Shown: one piece after another, positions 39,869 through 48,652 of the stretch
Numbering within the stretch: the first letter of the stretch is position 1
How the letters are laid out: every line of letters begins with the position of its first letter
Virus record (IMG/VR): IMGVR_UViG_3300017763_000002
Span: 1 to 64,000 of that record
Length of the DNA stretch: 64,000 nt
Strand: one strand, 5' to 3'
Program-made: the position numbers and the translations under genes
The notes under the pieces: model-generated
What the model was told of the DNA's origin: nothing
Database searches by the model: none
What the model saw: only the letters and a program-made list of their open reading frames with translations

Positions 39869-40131
39869 GGGTTTTATTTATATTAATATTCTTTTTATCT
39901 GGGTGCGTTTCAACTAAAATAAGTACAAAAGATAAAACTGGTCAGACTAACATTTTACAAAATGATTTTAATAGTATTGATGTTGATTCTACAGGCACAA
40001 TAGACAGGGTGGAGTTTTATGAGTCTGTATCAGAAATAAATGCTCAAGAGCCTATTTTCGTATTAATGATAATTATTTTTGCTGTGTTCTTATGCTGCGC
40101 GGTAACTTTTAAATTTTCAAGAAAAAAATAA
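39865..40131 (+). CDS. lipoprotein with EF-hand-like loop and C-terminal TM helix
   Basis: Lipobox FLSG-C; DVDSTGTIDRVE fits the 12-residue EF-hand loop; hydrophobic C-terminus. Confidence 0.65.
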   Translation: MRVLFILIFFLSGCVSTKISTKDKTGQTNILQNDFNSIDVDSTGTIDRVEFYESVSEINAQEPIFVLMIIIFAVFLCCAVTFKFSRKK

Positions 40132-40146
40132 CGTGTACTATAAGTT

Positions 40147-40743
40147 ATGAATGATCCTTTTGCCGTATTAATTGCATCAGCAGTTTCCATTCTGGGAACT
40201 CTAGCCAGCGTTTGGTTAAAAAATAAATTGGAATACAAAAAAGAAAACTGCCTAGAATCTAGGTCGAAGGCGGGCTCAAATGTATACCAAGCTTTAAAAT
40301 TTGTACAATCACAAACAGACTGCGATAGAGCTTATGTTTTTGAATTTCATAACGGAGAACATTTTTTCTCAGGAAAAGGGCAGCAAAAGTTTAGTTGCAC
40401 TTATGAATTTGTTAAACCTGGCGTGAGTAGTGAAGCTTCAAATTCTCAAAACCATCGAGTCTCTAACTTTAGCGTCTTCATGGACAGCATAATTTGTCAA
40501 GAGGTGTTTGACTGCTTGGACACATCTTTGTTGGAAGATCCAGCCTTTCAAAGCATACTTCGCAGTAAAGGTGTGGAGTCTGTTGTGAACGTTCCTTTGA
40601 AAACTTTAAATGGAAATATTATCGGGATTTTAGGTATTGAGTATCTAGATAAAGTTGATGATATCCGAGTTGATAATAAAGAAACAAATTATATAGAATT
40701 TTTAAAACGACAATCAAGGCTAGTCGCTGGATATTTAGCTTAG
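40147..40743 (+). CDS. N-terminal TM plus GAF domain protein
   Basis: TM residues 5-24; DRAYVFEFHNG, TYEFVKPGVS and SVVNVPLKTLNGNIIGILGIEY are GAF-like; GTGTA-9nt-ATG. Confidence 0.7.
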   Translation: MNDPFAVLIASAVSILGTLASVWLKNKLEYKKENCLESRSKAGSNVYQALKFVQSQTDCDRAYVFEFHNGEHFFSGKGQQKFSCTYEFVKPGVSSEASNSQNHRVSNFSVFMDSIICQEVFDCLDTSLLEDPAFQSILRSKGVESVVNVPLKTLNGNIIGILGIEYLDKVDDIRVDNKETNYIEFLKRQSRLVAGYLA

Positions 40744-40772
40744 TTGATATTCTGTAAATATTTATATATAAT
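40744..40772 (+). promoter_or_regulatory. sigma70-type promoter for the Zn-ribbon/sigma-factor operon
   Basis: TTGATA-17nt-TATAAT; ATG 40781 is 8 nt downstream. Confidence 0.8.
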
Positions 40773-40780
40773 ACGTTTGT

Positions 40781-41161
40781 ATGCTATATAATTATTGTAA
40801 ATGCTGCGGCGCTAAAAATTATTACGCTTTATCACCGCCTCAGTTTTGCTCCAACTGCGGGAGCTCATTTGGGGCTAATTCGGTTGCAAGTGAAGCTCAA
40901 GTCAAAAAATCTGAAGTAGCTTCTAAAAAAACAACAAGAGTGCGTAGGAGAAGGTTGCATGATGAACCTGAAGAAGATGGTTTGGATATAGACTCTATTC
41001 CAAAGGTAAGCAAATTAAAATATAATACCTCTCAGGGAGGAATCGGGGGCAGAGTTATGTCCTTGGAATCTCTTTTGCCTGAGCCGGAGAAAGAAAATAT
41101 TGAAAAAACCAAAACAGCAAAACCCAAAAGAAAAAGAGGAAGACCAAGAAAAGAAAAGTAA
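40781..41161 (+). CDS. zinc-ribbon protein with basic tail
   Basis: CKCCG...PQFCSNCG; C-terminal KRKRGRPRK (AT-hook-like GRP). Confidence 0.75.
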   Translation: MLYNYCKCCGAKNYYALSPPQFCSNCGSSFGANSVASEAQVKKSEVASKKTTRVRRRRLHDEPEEDGLDIDSIPKVSKLKYNTSQGGIGGRVMSLESLLPEPEKENIEKTKTAKPKRKRGRPRKEK

Positions 41162-41909
41162 TTACTCTTTTGAGGAACAGTATGAAACAATAAATAAAGA
41201 AGTCAAAAAACGCAGAAATAAATGGTTTTTAGACTCTCTGGCGTGGTTTGATTTTGAAGATGTTGAGCAAATAATAAAAGCTCACATATATAAAAAATGG
41301 GATCAATGGGATCAATCCCGACCTTTGGGGCCGTGGATAAATAAAATTATTACTAACCAGATGAAGAATATCTTGCGTAATAATTATAGTAATTTTGTCA
41401 GACCCTGCTTGAACTGTCCTTTTAATCAATCTAAAACAAGTATGGATCCTGGAATTAGCTCCGGGTCTTTGTGTGGATTCACTAGAACGGGTTTGCAAGA
41501 TTCAGAATGCCCTTTATATGCGAAATGGGAAAAAACTAAAAAATCAGCTTATGATATTAAAATGGCCGTTACAATGGAAAACCATACAGGAGAAGTTTCA
41601 GTAATGGAGAATTCTCAATTAGACATTGATGAAGCGATCAAAAAATTATCAAAAGAAATGAAAAAACATCTTCCTGAAAAACAATACAAAGTATACAAAA
41701 TGCTTTATGTAGAACACAAAAGCGAAGAAGAGGTTGCTAAAATCATGGGGTATAAAACTAGTGAGACGGGGCGCAAGGCTGGATACAAGCAATTAAAAAA
41801 TTTAACGAAAATTTTTAAAGAAAAAGCAGTATCAATCTTAAAGAAAGGAGAAATAATCGCTTATGAAGAAGCTACTTCAGCTTACACAAGAGCAAAAAGA
41901 TCTTATTGA
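41100..41909 (+). CDS. phage sigma70/ECF-like sigma factor with Cys4 insertion
   Basis: Region 2-like EDVEQII..HIYKKWDQWDQSRPLGPWINKIITNQMKNILRN; CLNC...C...C insert; region 4 HTH LPEKQYKVYKMLYVEHKSEEEVAKIMG. Confidence 0.8.
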   Translation: MKKPKQQNPKEKEEDQEKKSNYSFEEQYETINKEVKKRRNKWFLDSLAWFDFEDVEQIIKAHIYKKWDQWDQSRPLGPWINKIITNQMKNILRNNYSNFVRPCLNCPFNQSKTSMDPGISSGSLCGFTRTGLQDSECPLYAKWEKTKKSAYDIKMAVTMENHTGEVSVMENSQLDIDEAIKKLSKEMKKHLPEKQYKVYKMLYVEHKSEEEVAKIMGYKTSETGRKAGYKQLKNLTKIFKEKAVSILKKGEIIAYEEATSAYTRAKRSY

Positions 41910-42921
41910 TTCTAAGGGAATTAACATTACCGATCTCTCAGCTTTAACTCGAGAGGTTTTTGGTGATGAAAAGTTAGACGGAAGAACAAAAGAAGGGCGA
42001 GCGGTAAGAGAATATCTTGCTGAAAAAGAAATCGCATACCAAACAAAACATATAGACAAAAAAGAAGATGTTGAGTTGACTGAAGAGCAAAAGGAATTTA
42101 TAGCTAATAACTGCTCACCCACAATTAGTAGTTTAGAGCTAGCTAAATTAGTTTTTTCTGACGGCTCAATCAAAAATATGAGCAAAGAGTTTTGGGCGGT
42201 ACATGATTATATTAAGAATAATAAGTTAAATATATTCTCCGAAGAAACAGCTTTAAACGTAAAATACACACCACCTAGAGCAGATAGTAAGGTTGTTAAG
42301 AAAATTAATGACTGTGTCGGCGAGGATATTGACTTAGAAAAATTAAATGTACAACAAAAACGATGCATAGAATCATTAAAAAAATTTATGTCGGCGCCTA
42401 GATTTTTACAGGTAATATCTACATACTGCAATCTCGAAGATAGGGATTTGTTTGAAGCTGAATTTGTGCGCGCAAGCTGGGATAAACCCGACTTAACTAC
42501 AGATGAAATTAATTTATATATTAATGTTTGCATGGATTATATTCACCTTAAGAGGATTCAGAGCGCTATGGATAAACTAAATAGAATGTTCGATGAGGCT
42601 CAAGACCAGCAAGACCTCACTGTTAGGCTGGCTGAGTTATTAAAAACAAAAAGCGAAGAATACAATCAATGCGAAAAAAGAATGGAATCTTTAATATCAA
42701 AACTACAAGGAGACCGCTCAAAAAGAATAGCCTCCCAGGTCGAAAAAAACGCCAGCATACTCAACCTGGTTCAATTATTCCAAGAAGAAGAGGAGCGAAA
42801 AATAATGGTAAAAATGGCGGAAATGCAAAAAAAATTAATCGCAGAAGAGGTGGATGTTTTAGAAAAAATGCCAGACTGGAAGTCTAGGGTTTTAGGCATA
42901 TCCAAAAGAGATGTTATTTAA
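41863..42921 (+). CDS. hypothetical helical/coiled-coil protein (possible packaging accessory)
   Basis: ORF track; C-terminal coiled coil; three genes upstream of TerL. Confidence 0.7.
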   Translation: MKKLLQLTQEQKDLIDSKGINITDLSALTREVFGDEKLDGRTKEGRAVREYLAEKEIAYQTKHIDKKEDVELTEEQKEFIANNCSPTISSLELAKLVFSDGSIKNMSKEFWAVHDYIKNNKLNIFSEETALNVKYTPPRADSKVVKKINDCVGEDIDLEKLNVQQKRCIESLKKFMSAPRFLQVISTYCNLEDRDLFEAEFVRASWDKPDLTTDEINLYINVCMDYIHLKRIQSAMDKLNRMFDEAQDQQDLTVRLAELLKTKSEEYNQCEKRMESLISKLQGDRSKRIASQVEKNASILNLVQLFQEEEERKIMVKMAEMQKKLIAEEVDVLEKMPDWKSRVLGISKRDVI

Positions 42922-43589
42922 TGCAAGAAATATTAATAGAAAATCAAAACTTTATTGCGAAAGAAAAGTATCAAGATAAATTCAAAGGCTCTTGTGCGCT
43001 AGGAATATCTTGGAGACCAGGGCAGGAAGAGAAGTCTTATGAAATTAAAAATTGCATTATAGACGGAGCAGGATCTTCAGAGGGCTTAAAGATGTCTTTT
43101 TGTTATAATGTACATGTCGAGTCTTGTAAAATTTATGGAGGCGTAGAGGACTGCGTTGATATTGTAAGAGGCGGAAATATAACTTTCGCGAACTGCTCTT
43201 TTATATCTAACAATACTAAGCAACATATTACCATAAAGGGTGGCGCAAAAAACATTAAAATCATTAACTGTAATTTTATTAAACCTTATAAGAGCAGGTT
43301 CAACGGAGCTTGCATAGACCTTGGAAATTGGACGGACTATGATGATGTAAATAGGCCTCGAGTAAGAAACGTTGAAATTAAAAACTGCAGGATTATAGAC
43401 TCTGAAAGGTCTATTCTTTGTAGGGTTCTTTATTCCGATGATCCTGCTTTAGATTTTTCATTCGGTAAAGTCTTTAAAGTCCCGCGTTTTTTACTAGCTA
43501 TCTTTTGGCTTGGACAAAGACTGGGGGTGCTTGGCAAGCGCAGGAGATTTACAAAAGATCTTTTAGAGATATATGATATAGAGTTATGA
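42921..43589 (+). CDS. right-handed beta-helix (pectin lyase-like) protein
   Basis: Repeated I-x-N/S-C-x-I/F units (IKNCII, VESCKI, FANCSF, IINCNF, IKNCRI) and EDCVDIVRG. Confidence 0.75.
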   Translation: MQEILIENQNFIAKEKYQDKFKGSCALGISWRPGQEEKSYEIKNCIIDGAGSSEGLKMSFCYNVHVESCKIYGGVEDCVDIVRGGNITFANCSFISNNTKQHITIKGGAKNIKIINCNFIKPYKSRFNGACIDLGNWTDYDDVNRPRVRNVEIKNCRIIDSERSILCRVLYSDDPALDFSFGKVFKVPRFLLAIFWLGQRLGVLGKRRRFTKDLLEIYDIEL

Positions 43590-44542
43590 ATTATAATAAA
43601 TGTAAAGTATGCGGAAAAGAATTCGAAAGCAAGCGGGGTTTACACTGCCACCTTAAAGAGCACGGAATTTACGTGGCGGAATATTACACGACATATTATC
43701 CAAAATTAAGCAAGCTTAATCAAACTCCAATACCTTTTAAAAAAGGAATGAATAGGGATGAATATTTTAATCAAGACTTTATAGATAAAAAGGAAATGAA
43801 CCAATGGCTCAGTCAGGGCCAAAAAGACGAGGTAAAAGAATATATTCTTAAGTCATTTAAAAAAAGAATAAAAGAAAAATCTCTCAAAGTTATGCCAAGC
43901 CATGTCGAGGGCTTAATACATAGGCTTCCATCAATAGATTACTGCATTGAACATTTTGGGTCATACTCCGCGTTAGCCGAAATCTTAAACGTTGAGCCTA
44001 TGTTTTCCAAACGATTGCCTAAAGCTTTCTGGGAAAAGGAGCCAGATATTAAAATTTTCATAGACACGAGAGAGCAACAGCCGCTATCCTTTAGTAAACA
44101 AGAAAGTATGAAGCTTGATTTTGGAGATTATACAGCCGCAGGAGAAAACTATTCTTATACTTATGTTGACAGAAAAAGCGCAAACGACTTTATCGGTACT
44201 CTAAGTTTAAAAAGTCTGGATAGATTCAAGAGAGAAATTGAAAGGGCTAGACAAGCAGACTCTTATATTTTTATTGTTATTGAGTCTGATCTAGTAGGAT
44301 TAGAGGCTTACATGCGATCTGCTAAAAGAAATAATTTTGGACCAAGTAAAACAAATCTTAATTTTATATATCACAACATGAGAGAAATATCTCATGAGTT
44401 TAGCGACGTTTGCCAGTTCGTGTTTACTGGTAGCAGGGAAAATTCAGAAAGAATAATAGAAAAAATATTGTACTTTGGCGAGTCTCTTTGGAATGTAGAT
44501 TTACAATATTACTTAGATAACTATGAGCTGGGAAAAAGGTAA
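43586..44542 (+). CDS. C2H2 zinc finger plus ERCC4/XPF-family nuclease
   Basis: CKVCGKEFESKRGLHCHLKEH; IFIDTREQQP, LDFGDY, VDRKSANDF and RFKREIERA motifs. Confidence 0.85.
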   Translation: MNYNKCKVCGKEFESKRGLHCHLKEHGIYVAEYYTTYYPKLSKLNQTPIPFKKGMNRDEYFNQDFIDKKEMNQWLSQGQKDEVKEYILKSFKKRIKEKSLKVMPSHVEGLIHRLPSIDYCIEHFGSYSALAEILNVEPMFSKRLPKAFWEKEPDIKIFIDTREQQPLSFSKQESMKLDFGDYTAAGENYSYTYVDRKSANDFIGTLSLKSLDRFKREIERARQADSYIFIVIESDLVGLEAYMRSAKRNNFGPSKTNLNFIYHNMREISHEFSDVCQFVFTGSRENSERIIEKILYFGESLWNVDLQYYLDNYELGKR

Positions 44543-46391
44543 TCAAAATAATAAAAATATAGAAGATATAAATTCATATATCATGAGTTTAGAAGGTTTT
44601 GTAGACGAACGAGAATCTAAGCTTTTATTGTATAAATTTTTAAGAGAGAATCCGACTTTTACAACAGAATTAATATCAGGTATAAAGTTATTTCCATTTC
44701 AACACATGGCTATTAAGTCGATGTTTAATACAGATTACTTTATGGGGGTGTGGAGTCGGGGTATGTCAAAATCATTCACTACTGGAATTTATGCTTTCCT
44801 GGACGCTATACTTCATCAAGGTGTTGAGATAGGTATATTGTCTAAGTCTTTTCGTCAAGCAAAAATGATATTTAAAAAAATTGAAGATATTGCCGCCAAA
44901 CCAGAAGCTGCATTCTTGGCTCAATGTATAACAAAAAAATCCAAGAGCAATGATGAATGGCTGATGGAGATCGGGCAATCAAGGATTCGAGCCCTACCTC
45001 TTGGTGACGGCGAAAAGCTTCGTGGTTTCAGATTTCATAGAATTATTATCGATGAGTTTTTATTGATGCCTGAAAGAATTTATAATGAGGTTATTGTACC
45101 CTTCTTGTCTGTTGTGGAAAATCCAACCCAACGAGAAGATTTATATAATCTAGAAACTAAGTTAATTGCAGAAGGCAAAATGACAGAAGAAGAAAGATAT
45201 AAATGGCCAAATAATAAATTGATAATGCTATCTTCTGCTAGTTATAAATTCGAATATATGTATAAGCTGTATAGTCAGTTCGAAGGTTTGATCGTTAATC
45301 CAAGCGAAAAACAAGATGATGCAAACAGGGTGATCATGCAATTTAGCTACGACTGCGCTCCTAGGCAACTTTATGATCAGAATCTTATAGATCAAGCTAA
45401 AGCCACTATGAGCCAAAGCCAGTTTGAGCGAGAGTTTGGGGCAATATTTACAGATGATAGTAGTGGGTATTTTAAGACTTCCAGAATGGCAGCATGCTCA
45501 ATTCAGCCTGGAGAAGGTCAGTCTGTGGAAGTAAAAGGAGAAGTGGGAGCCAAATATATATTGGCTTTTGATCCGAGTTGGGCAGAGTCAGAAAGCTCAG
45601 ATGATTTTGCCATGTCTGTTTTTAAAATCGCAGAAAAAACTGGACAAGGGATACTAGTTCACTCTTACGCTATGTCAGGAACTAACTTAAGACATCATAT
45701 GGATTATTTTTATTATTTATTAACTAATTTTAATATTGTATCTATAGTTGGCGATTATAATGGCGGTGTTCAATTCATTAACGCTGTAAATCAAAGCGCA
45801 TTATTCAAGAAAAATAATATAAAAATAGAGACTATAACCTCAGCGTTTGATAAGCCAGAAGACTATAAAAAAGATTTACTAACAGCTAGAAGAGAGTACG
45901 ACAGGAACACTTGGAAGATATGCATACTAAGGAAGCCTACTTCTTCTTGGATTAGAATTGCAAATGAATTACTACAAGCTAATTTCGATCATAAGAGAAT
46001 TTGGTTTGCCTCTAGGGCTACGAATGATGAATATAAGGAACAGACTAAAAAGAAAATACCGATTGAAAAATTAAAATTCTTAAGGACCGTGGAATCGTAC
46101 CATAAGGAATCTAAGACAGCCAAAATGATTGACTTTGTGGAAAATCAATATGATTTAATAGAGTCAACCAAAGGTCAATGTGCTTTAATACAAATTAAAA
46201 CATCTCCTCAAGGAACTCAAACTTTTGATCTCCCGGATAATTTAAAAAGACAAACCGGCCCAGACAAAGCAAGAAAAGATAGTTATTCTGCATTAGTACT
46301 TGGTAATTGGATGATTAAGATACATAATGATATGATGAACGTTAATTTAGATAATGTACAAACCACTTTTACTCCGATGTTTATAGGATAA
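44523..46391 (+). CDS. terL: terminase large subunit
   Basis: Walker A SRGMSKS, Walker B IIIDEF, QFEREFGAIF, and RNase H-like AFDPS...DDFA...DSYSAL motifs. Confidence 0.9.
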   Translation: MSWEKGNQNNKNIEDINSYIMSLEGFVDERESKLLLYKFLRENPTFTTELISGIKLFPFQHMAIKSMFNTDYFMGVWSRGMSKSFTTGIYAFLDAILHQGVEIGILSKSFRQAKMIFKKIEDIAAKPEAAFLAQCITKKSKSNDEWLMEIGQSRIRALPLGDGEKLRGFRFHRIIIDEFLLMPERIYNEVIVPFLSVVENPTQREDLYNLETKLIAEGKMTEEERYKWPNNKLIMLSSASYKFEYMYKLYSQFEGLIVNPSEKQDDANRVIMQFSYDCAPRQLYDQNLIDQAKATMSQSQFEREFGAIFTDDSSGYFKTSRMAACSIQPGEGQSVEVKGEVGAKYILAFDPSWAESESSDDFAMSVFKIAEKTGQGILVHSYAMSGTNLRHHMDYFYYLLTNFNIVSIVGDYNGGVQFINAVNQSALFKKNNIKIETITSAFDKPEDYKKDLLTARREYDRNTWKICILRKPTSSWIRIANELLQANFDHKRIWFASRATNDEYKEQTKKKIPIEKLKFLRTVESYHKESKTAKMIDFVENQYDLIESTKGQCALIQIKTSPQGTQTFDLPDNLKRQTGPDKARKDSYSALVLGNWMIKIHNDMMNVNLDNVQTTFTPMFIG

Positions 46392-46404
46392 ACAATTGTT
46401 TTGT

Positions 46405-46409
46405 GTGTA
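46405..46409 (+). promoter_or_regulatory. GTGTA motif for the head operon
   Basis: GTGTA-15nt-GTG 46425. Confidence 0.6.
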
Positions 46410-46424
46410 CTCTAAAATAGTATT

Positions 46425-47981
46425 GTGAAAAAATATAAATATACCGCAACATTTGCAAGCGAAGTTAAAGCCTCAGAAGAGGCCACAAATTCTATGTTTT
46501 CTGCAGCGTCCCTTGACTCTCTTAAGGATTTAGTTCCTGATGAAATAGATCTAGATAAAAACATTGACTTAATAGGCGTAGCTTTTAACGCTGCTGTTGC
46601 AAATACATTTAACAAAAATGGAGATGGAATAAATACAGAATCTGCTCTTGCTATTTCAGATTACTTTATTCATAAACCTTGCAATGTAGAGCACCAAAAG
46701 AGTAATATTGTAGGACACGTTGTTTCCGCTGGGTTTTCAGAGTACGGACACAACAATCAATTTAAAAAAATAAATGCTGACTATAAAGAACCTTTTAATA
46801 TATGTCTAGGTGCTGTAGTTTATAGAACAGTCGCTCAAGAGTTTTCAGAAATGCTTCTTGATTCATCTGACCCAGATTCTGAAAATTATAATTCAATATC
46901 TGCTAGCTGGGAAGTTGGGTTTAATGATTATAATGTTGCTGTTGGCTCTGGAGAAAACATGCGCATTGTAACCGACAAAGAAGAAATTAAATCCATGGCA
47001 AAAGATCTTAAAGCTTTTGGAGGTGAAGGGGTTAACGATGAAGGCGAACCTGTTAATAGATTAATCGTTGGAGATATTTTTCCTTTGGGAATAGGCTTCA
47101 CAAATAATCCCGCTGCAGATGTTCAGGGTATAACAATAAAAGAAAAAGCAGGTCACAACGAATCAAAAACAACTGAAGGTCAAGGCATTAAAACAAATAA
47201 AACTTCAAAAGAAAAAAGTTCTCATTTAGATAATGAGGCTGTAATACAAGAAGAAGAACAATTTTTCTCTCAAATTATGGAAAAAACAGAAATACTAAAA
47301 GATATCGAACAGCTCCTTTCTGAAAAGGCGGCTGCGAAAGACTTTTCGGATGAAGCCATCGCTAACATTACTAAGGTTTTTCATGACGCTATTCGTGAAA
47401 AGAGCGAAGAGTATGTCAATGAAATCGAAAAAGTGAAGGCAGAGAAATCCGAGGCGCAAAGCGCGAAAGAAGAGTTAACTCAAACACTCTCCGATTTACA
47501 AGAAAAACTAAACGACGCAGAATCAAAACTTGAAGGTCTTGAAGAAGAAAAATCCGAAAGACAAGCTCAAGCTAGATTTAATGCACGCATGAGTTTGCTT
47601 GAAGATTCTTATGAGTTTGATGAAGATGATCGTAAAATCATCGCTACAGAAATTTCTGAGCTAGACGAAACCGAAGAGGCTTTCGCCCAGTATCAAGAAA
47701 AAGTTTCTGTTGTTTTCAAAAACAAAAATAAAGAATTCTTACAAAAATTGGCAGATGAAATGGAAGCTAAAATTCAGGAAGAAGTAGAAAAACGTCTATC
47801 TGATACTGCTGAAGCAAGTGCAACCGAGACTACGGAAGAAGTAGAATCCACAGATCTTGGTGAAACTGTTGAAGAAGAAGCTACAATTTCTAACAACAAT
47901 GGAGAAACTATTGAAACCGAACAGAGTCTTAAGGAGCGTTTTGAACAAGCGTTTAAGGATTCTGTAAAAGTTAACTACTAA
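46425..47981 (+). CDS. prohead protease with C-terminal coiled-coil scaffold
   Basis: N-domain with KPCNVEH, IVGHV, SASWEVGF and GIGFTNNPAADV (HK97-type protease-like); acidic coiled-coil C-half; directly upstream of the capsid genes. Confidence 0.75.
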   Translation: MKKYKYTATFASEVKASEEATNSMFSAASLDSLKDLVPDEIDLDKNIDLIGVAFNAAVANTFNKNGDGINTESALAISDYFIHKPCNVEHQKSNIVGHVVSAGFSEYGHNNQFKKINADYKEPFNICLGAVVYRTVAQEFSEMLLDSSDPDSENYNSISASWEVGFNDYNVAVGSGENMRIVTDKEEIKSMAKDLKAFGGEGVNDEGEPVNRLIVGDIFPLGIGFTNNPAADVQGITIKEKAGHNESKTTEGQGIKTNKTSKEKSSHLDNEAVIQEEEQFFSQIMEKTEILKDIEQLLSEKAAAKDFSDEAIANITKVFHDAIREKSEEYVNEIEKVKAEKSEAQSAKEELTQTLSDLQEKLNDAESKLEGLEEEKSERQAQARFNARMSLLEDSYEFDEDDRKIIATEISELDETEEAFAQYQEKVSVVFKNKNKEFLQKLADEMEAKIQEEVEKRLSDTAEASATETTEEVESTDLGETVEEEATISNNNGETIETEQSLKERFEQAFKDSVKVNY

Positions 47982-47993
47982 GGAATTTATATT

Positions 47994-48635
47994 ATGGCTA
48001 CAAGATTAGAACCATATAGAGATTACAGTGAGCACGAAGTTATTAATTTGTACTCGCTGAAGGTTGAAGCTGCAGATGTTCTTACGAGCATGAAAGCTGG
48101 AACCTCCGGTAAATATGATGCAGGGTGCGTCGTTGCTCTAGGTGACACTACGTTACCGGGTGATCTCCCTGGATTTGCTGCCGCAGGATCAAACCTAAGG
48201 AAATACTTAGGAGCAGAAATTACATCCGGTCACGTCGGAGTAAATGCTATGCCCTTTGTAGAAACAACTGTCGTGCCAGCATTGGATGGAACATCTGGAG
48301 CTGCTATCGGCATTACATTGAAGCAAACACTTGCTTATGATGAAAACGATGAAAATCTTCTTCGTTACCCTCTTAAGAAAGACGAGCTTCAGTGCGTAAC
48401 ACCAGGTCAAGCAGTACCAATTTTGACACGAGGACTTGTACTTCTTAATACAAGCGCGTTTGAAACCGATCCTGCTGCAGGAGATGTTATTACAGTCGCT
48501 GGGACAGCAGGTTCCGAAGGACTTCTTGACAAAGACGATGCTTCGGGAAATCAAGTTGTTGGGCGATGCCTTGCAACTGGTAGTTCCGATGGAGGAACAA
48601 CAACAGATAAGTTTCTTTGCAAACTTTCATTCTAA
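47994..48635 (+). CDS. capsid decoration/cement-like protein
   Basis: Ala/Gly/Thr-rich, between scaffold and MCP; GQAVPILTRG and VVGRCLATG beta motifs. Confidence 0.6.
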   Translation: MATRLEPYRDYSEHEVINLYSLKVEAADVLTSMKAGTSGKYDAGCVVALGDTTLPGDLPGFAAAGSNLRKYLGAEITSGHVGVNAMPFVETTVVPALDGTSGAAIGITLKQTLAYDENDENLLRYPLKKDELQCVTPGQAVPILTRGLVLLNTSAFETDPAAGDVITVAGTAGSEGLLDKDDASGNQVVGRCLATGSSDGGTTTDKFLCKLSF

Positions 48636-48652
48636 TAGGAGAATAAACGAAA

